64,000 nucleotides of DNA from Octopus vulgaris. Lineage: Eukaryota. The DNA is taken from NCBI GenBank assembly GCA_951406725.2, contig OX597818.1, positions 80,662,001-80,726,000 on the forward strand, in the 5' to 3' direction. Below are positions 12,860-25,850 of this stretch, in pieces (the first letter of the stretch is position 1; every line of letters begins with the position of its first letter). Below the pieces are notes generated by a model, which was given only the letters and a program-made list of their open reading frames with translations, made no database searches and was not told the DNA's origin. Both the position numbers and the translations under genes were made by a program.

Positions 12860-14299
12860 GTTTTATATATGTGTATATATATATATATACATACATACAT
12901 ACACACACACGCGTGTGTGTGTTTACCCCACCACCGCTTAACAGCCGGTGTTGGTTACGTACTTGTAACTTAGCGGTTCAGCTAAAAGCCTTCAACGCGA
13001 TAAAAGGAAATATATACACTCTCGCTCACCAGCAAAACACATAGGCACGCAGGTTCGCACACGCGCGCGCATGTGTGTTTGATGGGCTGTACAAAATATT
13101 GGTCAATTTGTGTTATGTGGAAGGTACTTGCGTAGTGCGATCAAATCCGGAAACACGTGCTTGGGAAATGAACTTGTTAACCTCAGTCATGCCATAATGA
13201 TGATGAAGAAAATGTATGATGATGAATATACACCAACTGCTACACCACCCTACACACACACGACAGTCATTAATATGATTATATCTGGATGTTTTCAACA
13301 TGACGCGATTATTGCGTTTCTCATCAATTACGCTATTTGGCGTAATTTGGCTGCTATAATGGTTGTTGTTGCTTATCAGTTTTTGGCGCCTAAAGATGGC
13401 TTATCATACCCTCAACACAATTTGTCATGGTGAATGTCAACCAGACTGCGACACAATTTTGCGATTACTCCTTCCCCGCCTCAATCCGTTGATGAATGTT
13501 TTTGAAGTTTAGTATTCAAACGCCTTTTCTTTCCATGGACTTTTGTTGATACCAATAACAACTCTGAGGTTCAGCATTACACACCAATGAAAAAATATCT
13601 AATATATTGAGGTTTTGTTGACTTACAATGGTGAACTGTTCACCAAAAGAAGGGCGTGGGGATTGCTCAAGATATGGTCTTCTTTGTACCATTTCTAGTA
13701 ACATCGACACAACAATGTAATTAACCTACCTATCCGGTAGACAGGCTTGTTGTACTTGTTTGTGGTACATTTGTCTTCGTTTTTCACGGGGATTTGGTTT
13801 AAAAAAAAACTCAAATATATGTATTATGGGAGGCAATATTCACGATATCGGATGAATATCGCCTTCTCCTATTAAAATTGTTCTTTGTGTTGTTTCGAGC
13901 ACCAGTAGGCGAGGAAAGAAGTGGAAATTCAAATTCACAACCAGTTTTATTTACATAGTTACACAGAATTAATTAAGTGTGCCGCTCTCAGTTGACCATC
14001 TCAAGCTGTGTACGTTTCATTGTATCTCTGTTAACGCGGGCCCATTACGTCTGGAGATACGACGTGCAGATATAACTAGCCTGGAGACCCAGCCAGCGAA
14101 TGTGCGTTCAGCAAGCGCTTGCGGTGATAAAAAAAAGAATCTGTTTGTTGGGCCCTTATATCCAGTTTGCCATCGCGAGCCTCGTTGTGATCTCGCGCAT
14201 GGCAAATGGATGCAGGTGAAATCTCGCTCCAGTCTCGGAGATGGCAATGGCTGCCGGCGAGATCTCGTTCAAAATGGCGCTGACTGCTTGTGCCGCTAC

Positions 14300-14731
14300 A
14301 TATGAATCATTTCTACGCACTTTATAAATGGAACGAATGGGAAATTCGTTGACATCAAACTCGCAGCCCACAGCAGCGATGCTTCCACTGTCACGTATTT
14401 TCTGGATCATTTCTACCTTTTCCTGAAGAGTATACACTTATCAGCGTCGTTTGTAAGGATCAGGCTCCTTCATATATTTTTTTCTGTTCTCTAGTGCCAC
14501 GTTGGTGAGTACAAGAAGGTAAACCCATTTAAAAACTACGCAACCAACCACACAGCACGGAGTGAGAACATATGTGATAATAACTATATTCTGGGTAACT
14601 GATCAATGGGTGCGTATTTTTGTGATTCAAGTAGAATCTTGGACAGATCGCCGACCTGCATTATCACAGATCAATCTCTAAGTGTAACATAGTTCAGTGA
14701 TAAGTGAATCAGTGATAAACGAGACTACATG
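14300..14731 (-). pseudogene. Tigger/pogo-like transposon 5' end with degraded CENP-B/psq-type HTH
   Basis: YTLQEKVEMIQKIRDSGSIAAVGCEFDVNEFPIRSIYK resembles the Tigger N-terminal HTH; minus-strand start TA|catgtagtctcgtttatcac resembles a Tigger TIR. Confidence 0.75.
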
Positions 14732-16532
14732 TACATCTTTCTTACTTTAGATCACTGTAGTTGCTATTAGTATTGTTGTGACTGTTACTGCTTCAGTTAT
14801 TCTTGTTGTTGTGGTGGTAGTGGTAATAGTAATCTTTGTATTTGCTATGGTTAACGTTGTTAAGAATGCTGTTGTGTTGGTTCTTTGATTGATGTTACTG
14901 TTATTCTCTTTTTTTCCCCCCCAGTTATTGTTCTTAAAATGTGGTAGTGATGGGTTGCGCCTCACCACTCTCCCATGTCTGTGTGGTATCTATAATTCCG
15001 TTAAGTCAAGAAAGAGAAATCTCTATTTAATAAAAGCTGATATAAATGGTTAGTTGGTTGATTTCTTTGGTCATGCTTTACATCGCAAAGAGAAAGAGAG
15101 AGAGAGTATTAACATAGGAGATGCAAAATTAGTACACATTTATGCTTAATTGCAGACAGTGAGTAAATGAACGCTAAACACGTATCTACCGTCAGAAAGA
15201 ATCAGAGATTGTGTGTGCGTAAACACACATACGCACAATATATATGTGTGAATTTCCATAATATAAAATCAACACGGAGAATAATTTATAATAAATATAT
15301 ATATTTTACTTTTTGAATAGAGTTTTGTTTAATCCTATTTTAACGTAATAAATATTTTCCCTTTGAAAATTGTATTCATTTTATCGTTTTGTGTAAGCAC
15401 TAAGAAATTTGATAAGAGTTAACTTAAAATATGCGTGCCATATTTCATGATATTATCCAAGGTGGGAAAAGTATATTTCCCAAGTTACTCGTCATCCGAC
15501 AGATAATATTCTAGCAATTAATATTGTTTAAATGACTTGAAGATTTTGTGGAGCAGCTTTTTATAGAATGAGATCTGAAGAATCCTAAAATACCGTGAAA
15601 AAAATATAGATAATCTGTGAGATGAAGTGTCTTTTAATAGAAATTTAACCAAAATTTATTTTAGAAAAATCTGGTCATCACCATTTTCCAAAAAGTTGAG
15701 GATTTTATATATATATATATAAAATCTCTTTTCCTCCCTCTCCAAAATATATTTTGAAAATTTAATGTCATGTTATAAAGTGGTTGGAGTTGACCATAAA
15801 ATCTAGGCAAGGGATCTGCGATTTTTCGGAAAAAATCATGTTAGAGTTCCTGGCTAAGATAAGTTTAGGGACCACTGCTTCATACGCTTTTAAATTCAGA
15901 CAAATGTTCCTTATAAAATGTTATTTCATATTGCAAGTTAGCAAATTAAGAAATGTCTGTCAGTGTTGCATCGTGAGATGTAATTGAAAATAACGTTTCG
16001 TAAGGAGAAATCATTTACCTGCCACTTCTTTTCCAACGAAATACCCATAACCCAAAATGTTTGTCACAATATTACGATGACACCTCCGAGTTTCTTCAAC
16101 CCTACTATTTGTCAACTATCCACGTTGCTCCAGTAAGACCCACCCATAGTGGTGTACTGTTCACATGCCTAAGGCAATAACCAAAATTAAAGCCCCCTTT
16201 TTACAATTACTGGCTCATTGACACACGGTTTCTTTTCCGTTGGCTCTTTTTAAAAATGGAGAAAGAACCACATCAATAACGAAAAACAAGTTCGAGCTTC
16301 TTCTGCACCGCCTCTAGCTGGCAATTGTATTTAACAATTTAAGCAGAGAGCTGAAGTATTTCTACAACGTATAGTACCAGCATCGTTATAAGGGAAAAAC
16401 AATTTGGTCGGCCAGCGTAATCTTAAGTATATAAAAAAGATGTGATGGTCATGGCTAAAGTATTTGTTTTTGAGTTTTACATAGGTCTGCTTGACTAGGT
16501 ATGTCCCGGGGCTAAACATCTCCAGTTTGCAA

Positions 16533-16900
16533 TACTCTTTACTCTTTTACTTGTTTCAGTCATTTGACTGTGGCCATGCTGGAGCACCGCCTTTAGTCGA
16601 GCAAATTGACCCCAGGACTTATTCTTTGGAAGCCTAGTACTTATTCTATCGGTCTCTTTTGCCGAACCGCTAAGTTACGGGGACGTAAACACACCAGCAT
16701 CGGTTGTCAAGTGGTGTTGGGAGGACAAACACAGACACACAGACATATACACGCACATACATATATATATATATATATACATATATACGACGGGCTTCTT
16801 TCAGTTTCCGTCTACCAGATCTACTCACAAGGCTTTGGTCAGTCCGAGGCTACAGTAGAAGACACTTGCCCAAGTTGCCACGCAGTGAGACTTGAACCCG
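16533..16900 (-). mobile_element. Young family A SINE (5' end clipped)
   Basis: Near-consensus reverse complement with tactcttt tail repeats. Confidence 0.9.
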
Positions 16901-17236
16901 GAAGGATTACTCATATTTTTTCTCTTATAACTATTTACTTTATTTCTTGTTTATGTCAACCTTTCAGTCAAATTGTTCGCTTCAACTGTGACACAGAGTA
17001 GTGTCACAGCAGAGCCAAACTTCAGCTGTTACATACAGTTAATTGATTTCTATTATCTTACGTCTATTATTCTAGGGCGGATTTTCTTGTTGACATAAGT
17101 ATTTAGGTGTTCTTTGAACCGCAGTCATTTTCCATTTTTTTTTTCTTTTTTTTTTTTTTTCATGTATGTTTAAGAAGTGTTAGTCAGAGTGATCAACACG
17201 CCCTCGACACGTTTCAAAGCTTTTGAAACTGGTGGA

Positions 17237-17612
17237 AAGTTAGCCTTGTACTGGAGAGTACTTAGCCGGAGTGGGATGTTAGCTTCGCACTGGAGACCTA
17301 GTCCGAGTATGAAGTTAGTCTCGTACCGGAGGCCTAGCCCGAATATGAAGTTAGCCTCGTATCGGAGGTGTCGTCTGAATATGAAGTTAGCCTGGTACTG
17401 AAAGCTTAGCCCGTGTTTGAAGTTAGCCCATATCGGAGACCTAGCCCAAGTATGAAGTTAGCCTGGCACCGAAAGCTTAGCCCGAGTATGAAGTTCACTT
17501 GGTACTGGAGGCTTTGTCCAAATATGAATTTAGCCTTATATGAAGGCCTTGCCCAAGTATGAAGTTAACCTCATACTGTAGGTCGAGCCCAAGTATAAGG
17601 TTAGCTTCATAC
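17237..17612 (+). repeat. 36-bp minisatellite, about 10-11 diverged units
   Basis: Consensus approximately ATGAAGTTAGCCTCGTACCGGAGGCCTAGCCCGAGT. Confidence 0.9.
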
Positions 17613-17625
17613 CGGTGTGGGAAAA

Positions 17626-17821
17626 TTGCCTTGGAATACACACACCTAACAAATCTACTCACAAGGCTTTAGTCTACAAAATATGAATAATCCTTCCAGG
17701 TTCAGTCTCACTGCGTGGCACCTTTGGGCAAGTGTCTTCTACTATAGCCTCGGGCCGACCAAAGCCTTGTGACTAGATTTGTTAGGTGTGTGTATTCCAA
17801 GGCAATTGCCTTGGAATACAC
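17626..17821. repeat. 47-bp inverted duplication around a SINE head, ending in a perfect 32-bp palindrome
   Basis: 17626-17670 is the reverse complement of 17761-17808 (1 mismatch); gtgtattccaaggcaattgccttggaatacac at 17790-17821. Confidence 0.9.
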
Positions 17822-18224
17822 AAGCTTGCCAAAATAGTAAACTCTGATAAAGACAGCCAGAGGTGTGTGTATTGGTGGGGAGGGCAGGTATTGGCCCTTG
17901 GGTATCTTTATTCCCTACCCAACGGCGCCGGTTAAAAGTTGCAGGTGTTTGATCAATGTGTATTTGACCCGTGTATGTTTGACCAATTCCCCTTTTGGTT
18001 TTCTTAATTTGTTAATATCAAATACAGAGCAGATTCTATCACTAAGATTGTTATTGGCAAAGGAAATGTGAAGAGAAACGGACGGATGGCGGCGTTAATT
18101 GTGTGTGTACACTACATATAGACATATGCACAGTGTATGCAAATGATATACAGATGGCTGGATATATATGCATACATATATCATTCCAAATGTTAGTCCC
18201 CACCTCCCCCACACATACGTATCT

Positions 18225-18263
<39 letters not shown>

Positions 18264-18834
18264 TTGTCAGCTCTCCAGCAGTATGTTATCAGTTATCTCA
18301 GAGTTACAAACGTGCTGAGCCGGTTTGATATCGTGATGATAAAAACATTTCATGATAATAAAATCTGGCAGATTGCCGTGGAATTGGCCTCAACTCCCAT
18401 CACGCACGCACGCACGCAAACACACACACACACACATATACACATACATAAACACAAACACACGCAGGGACAAACCAAGGGAGGAAAAGACAAATGATAT
18501 ATATATATATAAATCTTCCGGGTCAGTTAATAAATTGCTATTGATAGACATATGACTATAATTGGTCCACTGGTAGCTGTCTACACACTGTCTGGTTGGC
18601 TGGCTAGCTGGTAGGTATGGTGGTTGGTTAGCTGGTTGGTACATAAAAATGGACATGCATACACGCAGAGGTGTGTGTGTATACACACGCATACATAGAT
18701 ATAGATTGATTATATGTATGTTTATATGTATAGATGTATGTGTGTGTATACACACATACATACATACATACATACATATATATTGCTCCAGTATGGCCTC
18801 AGCCTCTGGATAGGTGAAACCATTGAAAAATAAG

Positions 18835-18883
<49 letters not shown>

Positions 18884-19177
18884 TTTTGTATGTATGTAGA
18901 GAGAGAGAGAGATTTTATATATTTATATAAGATAGACAGACTTGTGTATATAATGATTGCAAGTGTGAAAGAGAAAGACGGTAAGAACAAGAGAGAAAGA
19001 AGTAAACGAATGAATGAAGAGGCGGGGAGAAAATTTAACGAGAAAAGTTGATGGTGGGGATGTGAGAGACAAAATGGGATAGATAAGAACAGAAATATGG
19101 GAAGGAAATGAAAGAAAATACTATTTAAGGTAACTAATTAAAATAAGCTGAAAGAGATGAAGAAAGAAAGAAAAAGA

Positions 19178-19739
19178 AGTTTGCTTCGCAACTACATGGT
19201 TCCGGGTTCAGTCCCACTGTGTGGCACCTTGGGCCAGTGTTTTCTGCTATAGTCTCGGGCCGGCCGAAGCCTTGTAAGAGAATTTGGTAGACGGATACTG
19301 AAAGAAGCCTATCGTACATATATATATATATGTGTGTGTGTGTTTGGCCCCCCACCATCGCTTGACAACCGATGTTAGTGTGTTCACGTCCCCGAAACCT
19401 AGCGATTCGGCAAAGAAGACGGATAGAATAAGTACTATGTTTACAAAAAAGTAAGTCCTGTGGTCGATTTGTTCGACTAAAGGGTGATCCAGCATGGCCG
19501 CAGTCAAGTGACTGAAACAAATAAAAGAATGAAAGAATATTGCAATAAGGGGTGAAGGAATGAATGATACAAGCGCAGGTTTGGCTGTGTGGTTAAGAAG
19601 CTTGCCTTGCAGTTACGCGCGGTTTGATGTTCAGTCCCACTTCGCGGCACATTTGGTAAGCGTTTTCCACTCTAAATCTGGGCTGCCAGTGTCTTGTGAG
19701 AGAATTTGGGAGACGGAAACTGTGTGGAAGCCTGTAATT

Positions 19740-19775
<36 letters not shown>

Positions 19776-19935
19776 TTTGCTTGTGTTCTGTTCCCTGTTT
19801 GACAGTCGGTATTGGTTTGTTTACGTTCCTCGTGAGTTAGCGGTTCAGAAAAAGTGTATTGTGGAATGTGTCAAACTTTAAAAGATTTGTTTGGCGGTGT
19901 CACAGCATGGCCACAGTTCAACGAATGAAACAAGT
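19178..19935 (+). mobile_element. Two tandem family A SINEs of different age
   Basis: Matches to head and tail consensus. Confidence 0.8.
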
Positions 19936-20105
19936 TATAGATATATATAGAATGAAAGAAGAAATATTGACATGAAGAAGGAATATTACCGAAAGAAAGG
20001 AAAGATTGGAATAAAAGATATTAAAATGGAGAAAGATTAAAAGAAGAAAGGAATAGAAGAAAGATTTGATAAAATGGTGGAAAATCATTGAAACAGATTG
20101 AAAAG

Positions 20106-20142
<37 letters not shown>

Positions 20143-20664
20143 GTGGTTAGATAGGTAGGTAGATATATGGTGAGGAAGAGAGAGAGAGAGGGGGGGAAGG
20201 TAAAATGAAGTTAAAAATCAATGAAAGAAAGCGAGGAAAAGAAGTTTATGGGGTGAAGGGGGAGAGAGATACAAAAAATAAATAAATCAAGGAAGGAAAG
20301 AAAGAAAGGCAATAAATTATAGCTCTACGAAAATAATATATAGAATGGTGAGCGCTCTCCCTATATGTATGTGTGTGTGTGTTCAGAGGGAACAGAGAGA
20401 GGGAGAGAAAATGGTGGTGGTGTTGGAACAAGACAAAATGGTCGAGCTCGCTCTATAATTCAACGTAGCAAGACCAATAATTGTTATCATTGACAACTGG
20501 CGCTGTGGTTTGGTTTAGATCTTGTAGATTTACTTGGTTTTATATACGTCTGTTATTTTTGTTTGTTTCTTTTACTTTTCCTTGCTCTTTTTTTTTCTTT
20601 ATATATACTGATTTACTCCAGAGGAAAAAATATTGACTGCTCTGTCTGTATGTTTGCGACTATA

Positions 20665-20879
20665 CAGAGTGCGGCAGAAAAACCTCCCGTATTTTACACG
20701 GTAATTTGATTTGGTTCTATTAAAATTAGTCAGGTAGTAATTGTGTCTTCATGTAGCTAATATTTTACCGTTTTTCTTCTGTTCATTAGTATCATAGTTT
20801 ATTCGCTGTGTATTTTATTTGCTTTTGAAACGTGTATCAAGTATAGCTAATATGGGAGGGATTTTTTTGCCGCACCCTA
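20665..20879. mobile_element. Tc1/mariner-type MITE
   Basis: TA|cagagtgcggcagaaaaacctcccgtatt ... aatatgggagggatttttttgccgcacccta|TA. Confidence 0.85.
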
Positions 20880-21095
20880 TACCGATGTATGTGTGTGATC
20901 GCGTGTTAGTAGGTGTGCGTCATTGTTTATGATTATCTTGAGTAGGTGTCTATCATTGTGTGTGATTATATGTATACATATATGTGCAATTATATGTGGG
21001 TAGGTGTGTGTGATTCTGTGGGTTATGTAAGTATGTGTATTTGTGATAGGGCGAATGTATGTGATTATATGTATGCAAGCATATATGTAAGTAGC

Positions 21096-21637
21096 TGTGA
21101 CGTTGCTAAACTTGTGCCGCCCGGGACAGCCCTTGAATTTGAGGTTTCCTCCACACCCTCAAACAGGTTTCTGTAGGAGACCCCAAAGTGCCGCCCCTTC
21201 GACCCCACGCCTACTGGTGAGTAGCTGAGTGCGTGAATGTGTCCATTGGAATATACATTTTTTAACCATATGTCATCCTTCAGGCAGGGCAGGCATGTAC
21301 CGTGTGATTTTTATCAGACCCTCCTTAACCAGTGTGATTGAAGCAGTGGATGATCAGGCCCAGCATCAACAGATCAATACTTGCAGGAGGGAAAAGAAAC
21401 TGTTGAGGTTTGCCCGGAATGATCGCAAAACAGTGAACCTTGCTAAAGGCACCTCAAGGACCAAGTGGAGAGGGGCATTTACAAACTGGGCAACATGATT
21501 GTTTTATTTAGCGTTTTCTGTGAGTAATTGCTTGGTTATCTAGAGGTTTCAAATGTGATTGTCCCTGGTTAATTATGTTTCCGACAGCAAGAGGGATAAG
21601 AGACGGTCTATGCATCTCGGGAGGAATAAATGTTACA
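21096..21637 (+). mobile_element. Probable retrotransposon LTR (~540 bp)
   Basis: TGTGAC...GTTACA termini, AATAAA just before the 3' end, GC-richer than flanks; followed by ttaggtgccc (degraded PBS or TSD). Confidence 0.55.
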
Positions 21638-22324
21638 TTAGGTGCCCTTGATCGAAAGCAGCGGTTTTATCGGTTTTATAGTAATGTTTACATCGGAGAA
21701 ACACACACAAAATATTATTTTCGTTGCACCTTTTTCCTCTGGTCCCCTTTTCTCATCTTGTTCCGCCCTCTTTTATTTCTGCCCTTTCCTCTTGTCCCGC
21801 CTTTTACTGTGCCGTCTTGCTTTAGTGTTGTTGACCCATGGCAACCTGGGTGTATGTAATATATAGAACCGCATCGCTAATATTCAGCCTTTAACGTCCT
21901 GTTCGATAAGGTCTGTATCCAAAGACATGTCGAAAAAAGATAATTATTGAATCCCAAACTTAAGGAAATAGTATGACAAATTCCTGAGATCCCTGCGTTC
22001 CGTTTCATGATGTCCCCATAGTCATAGCTCACAGGTTTAAATCAGATGATGTAGATTACGATTATACCCGAATCTGGTAAAAAAAAAATGGTGGGCTCGC
22101 AGTCATATATATTGACACATGTATATCTACAAAATAAAACTTGAAATTTCTAAATAAAATTGTGATGTGTGTCAGTGTGTGCGTGTGTACAGGCTCGACA
22201 ATTTTATTTCTTACATTAAAATTCGATATAATCGTATTCTACATAATCTGATAGGTATTTGTATAGGTATGTCGCTGCACGGTACCATGCATGTATCCCC
22301 TGCTAGGCATATAAATTTTATATA

Positions 22325-22682
22325 CAGGATGCAGCGCCGCACCGATAACCAGTTGGCGGAAGATCTGCCTGGGTTAAACCATTAGTAACATGGAACAGTG
22401 ACTTTGATGTCGCGATTGACTTAGCTCTTTTCTTAAGATTTTACAACTGGCTCTTGCTCTGTTGATTGGGTGCTCACGACTGAGGATGAGCCAACCAGCT
22501 CGAAATTGAGTCAGTCTCGCGATCCTGTTGTCTGCTACGTGATGGTAGGGGTTTGCTCCCTCTGCTAGCAATATATATTGTATATGGTGCAGCGTCACAC
22601 CGGTAACCAGCTGACAGAAGGTCTACCTGGGGTTAAATTAGAAGTAACATGGAACAGTCACTTTGATATGGCGATTGACTTT
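22325..22682. repeat. Two diverged ~100-bp direct repeats about 260 bp apart
   Basis: tgcagcgccgcaccgataaccag...agtaacatggaacagtgactttgatgtcgcgattgactt versus tgcagcgtcacaccggtaaccag...agtaacatggaacagtcactttgatatggcgattgactt. Confidence 0.8.
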
Positions 22683-23564
22683 ACTTATATATATGTGGGA
22701 GGAGGTGCAAATTTATATATGTATGTGCAAGTATATGTGTACGTGTTAGTGTAACAAGATGTAGGCATAGCAGAGTGGTTAAGGGGTTTACTTCAAAGTC
22801 TTGCAATCCCGTATTCAATCTCAGTGTGTGACATTCTGAGCAAGGGACTTTTCTGTCGCCCTATGTAGCCTTGGGTTGATCTGAATCTGGTGAGTGAAAC
22901 TGGGCCAAACGGTAGAGGGAAGAACCTAATCGGACGCACTGTAGCCCTAATTCAAAAGTTCAGCTTGGTCAAGAATCTGTGCCACACTGATTCTGTGTGA
23001 GAATTACGTTAAACATACAAGTGTCTATGGAATATTCAGCCAGTTAGACGCTAACGAGTTGGTACTTCAGTTGATAGAACAACTAGGATACTTATCATCA
23101 AAACCGACGGAGAACCATCTACTATTATATCCACCCACACACACAAATACATATACGATGATGACTTTATATTTATATACCTACGTGTATAAACACGCGT
23201 GTATAATTATATATCTATATATAGACATACATATATCTATATATACATGTCTATTATCCATGTTTATATCTACACCCACCCACCCACCTTCACACATCCG
23301 CACACACAGACATATTTTAATTACCTTTCAATCAAATCCTTTAACATTCTCGTTTGTCAAACCCGTGACAGCTTGATGTATTTATTTTCAATCGATTATT
23401 ATTTATCGTTTCAGTAATTTATTGCCATCATGGGGCAGCTGGGTGGAGGGGGCGGGAGGAGAACGTCAGAAACGTCATAGCAACAGAAACAATACCTTGC
23501 TTTAAATGTTCCGGTTCTTTACATTCTGCGTTCGAATCCCACCGAAGTCAACTCTGCAATAAGG

Positions 23565-24270
23565 GTTTCATATTTCGGCACGAAGGCTCGAAATTTTGGG
23601 GGAGGGGACTAATCGATTACTTCGACACCAGTACTCGACTGGTACTTATTTCATCGATCGCGGAAGGATGAAAGGCAAAGTCGACCTCTGCGGAACTTGA
23701 ACTCAGAACGTAAAGACGGACGAAATGCCGCTAAGCATTTTGCCCAGCGTGCTAACGATTCTGCCAGCTCGCTTGCCTTAGTCATCATCTCTATAATAAT
23801 GACATCTAATAAATGACTTAAGCATTTACATATTAATTACTTTTACTCGGAGTATCCAAGTTCACTTTTGTATTTTCCCGGATTATTTTGGTTTGAATCC
23901 TGCCCATATTACTCTTTTACTTGTTTCAGTCATTTGACTGTGGCCATGCTGGAGCACCGACTTTATTCGAACAAATCGACCCCAGAACTTATTCTTTGTA
24001 AGCCTGGTACTTATTCTATCGGTCTCTTTTGCTGAACCGCTAAGTTACGGGGACGTATACACACCACCATCGGTTGTCAAGCGATGTCGGGCACACATAC
24101 ATATATACGACGGTCTTCTTTCAGTTTCCTTCCACCAAATCCACTCACAAGACTTTGGTTGACCCGAGGCTATAGTAGAAGACACCTGCCCAAGGTGCCA
24201 CGCAGTGGGACTGAACCTGGAACCATGTGGTTGGTAAGCAAGCTACTTACCATACAGCCACTCCTACGCC
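23565..24270 (-). mobile_element. Family B SINE (23565-23780) and full-length family A SINE (23910-24270)
   Basis: Reverse-complement consensus matches. Confidence 0.85.
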
Positions 24271-24712
24271 TATATAACATATTTAATAGCATATTAGAAG
24301 CACTTTTGCCCACTCAAAAATACCTTTAAAAAATCATCCCGGGCCCTCCCATAAGCTAATTTTGTCCCTGACGCTAATTTCAATCCAGATAGTTTCTGCT
24401 ACCTAACCAGTAATGCTTTCTGCTATACCTGAGGTACTGACATTTTCATGGTCCGGGGATCATGCTTGTAACAAAATACAAAGTGCATAACATGTAATTT
24501 AATTGTTGGTTTCACTTTCTGGCACAAAGTCAGCAAGTTCGGAGAGGTGTTAAGTCGATTACATCGAGCCCACTGCTCACCTGGTACTTATTTTATCGAC
24601 TTCGAAAGGATGAAACTCAGAACATAAAGACGGACGAAATGGCGTTAAACATTTTGCCCGCCGTGCTAACGATTCTGCCAGCTTAACTATTACATATATA
24701 GCACGTACATCA

Positions 24713-24867
24713 GGGCTATTTTAGCGTGCAGCCTACCGCAGTATCCCTACGCTGTGAAATAAACCTGATCTGGGCTAAGGTTACGGTTAAGGCTTATGGT
24801 TGGGTTTAGGTTTGACTACCTGCTCAAGTGTAAATTGTCAGGTAGACCGCACGTTGAAGTGTCACCC
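24713..24867. mobile_element. Small degraded MITE with telomere-like core
   Basis: gggctattttagcgtgcagcctacc / ggtagaccgcacgttgaagtgtcaccc imperfect TIRs around ggctaaggttacggttaagg...gggtttaggttt. Confidence 0.5.
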
Positions 24868-25582
24868 ATGCATATATAATGCAAAAACACGCTGCAGACT
24901 ACGATAGTTTATAAACTAGAAATAAAATTTCAAAATGTATTCTTTCTGTGCGGCCTGGTACCAAATGATCCACGGCTCGGTACTAACCCGCGGCCTGGTG
25001 GTTTAGAACCCTTGCTTTAATGCATTAAAAACTATTTCCCTCCCCACTGAATATGTGCTGCTGAACATGGGGTGCGTCTTATAATGCCTGTACGTCTGTT
25101 ATGCCACCAAATACGTTACTTTCAAAGTAAAGGTAGCCCTATAACGTCTTCCAAGATATTAATCGAATAATGTAATAAAATTTGTGTTCCTGCTAAAATT
25201 CCAATTTCCAGTTGTCTTTCGTGTGTAACTAATTTTTTCACGAGATTTTCCTTTGAAGCTAATAACTGTTGTTCCACATGACAGTGTAGTTAAGTGTAGT
25301 TAAGAAACCCGCTGTCCTTATTTTCTCGATATTCAATTATTTAGATCAGTGTCATTTAACCTGTATTTACTCCCACTACCTCTTACCAACCCAATATTCT
25401 GTCCTCCTCCGCTTGCAGTCTTGTATACAACAAAATTTGTTGCATAACATTAATTAACATCTCTATATTTAACATTAACGTCCCTATTCTTAATTTACCA
25501 TTAACTTCCCTATATCAAAATTTAACTTCATCTTTTTTATTATTTATTATTATTGTTGTTGTTGTTATTTTATTTTATTTTT

Positions 25583-25770
25583 TCACTTGTTTCAGTCATT
25601 GGACTGCAGCCAGGCTAAGGCGCTGCCTTGAAACGTTTAGCAGAACAAATTGACTTACTTTTTTCCTATGAGCCTGATTCTTATTTTATCGATTGTTTTT
25701 TACCGAACCGCTTCATAACGGAGACGTAAACAAACTGAAACCGATTGTCAAACGGTGGGGAAGCGGGCAC

Positions 25771-25850
<80 letters not shown>

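Noticed and set aside
16304-16322. CTCF-like motif
   Set aside because: Mismatches at core positions; not distinguishable from chance
17237-17612. CRISPR-like array (36-bp periodicity)
   Set aside because: Units are contiguous diverged copies with no unique spacers, there are no cas genes, and the context is eukaryotic
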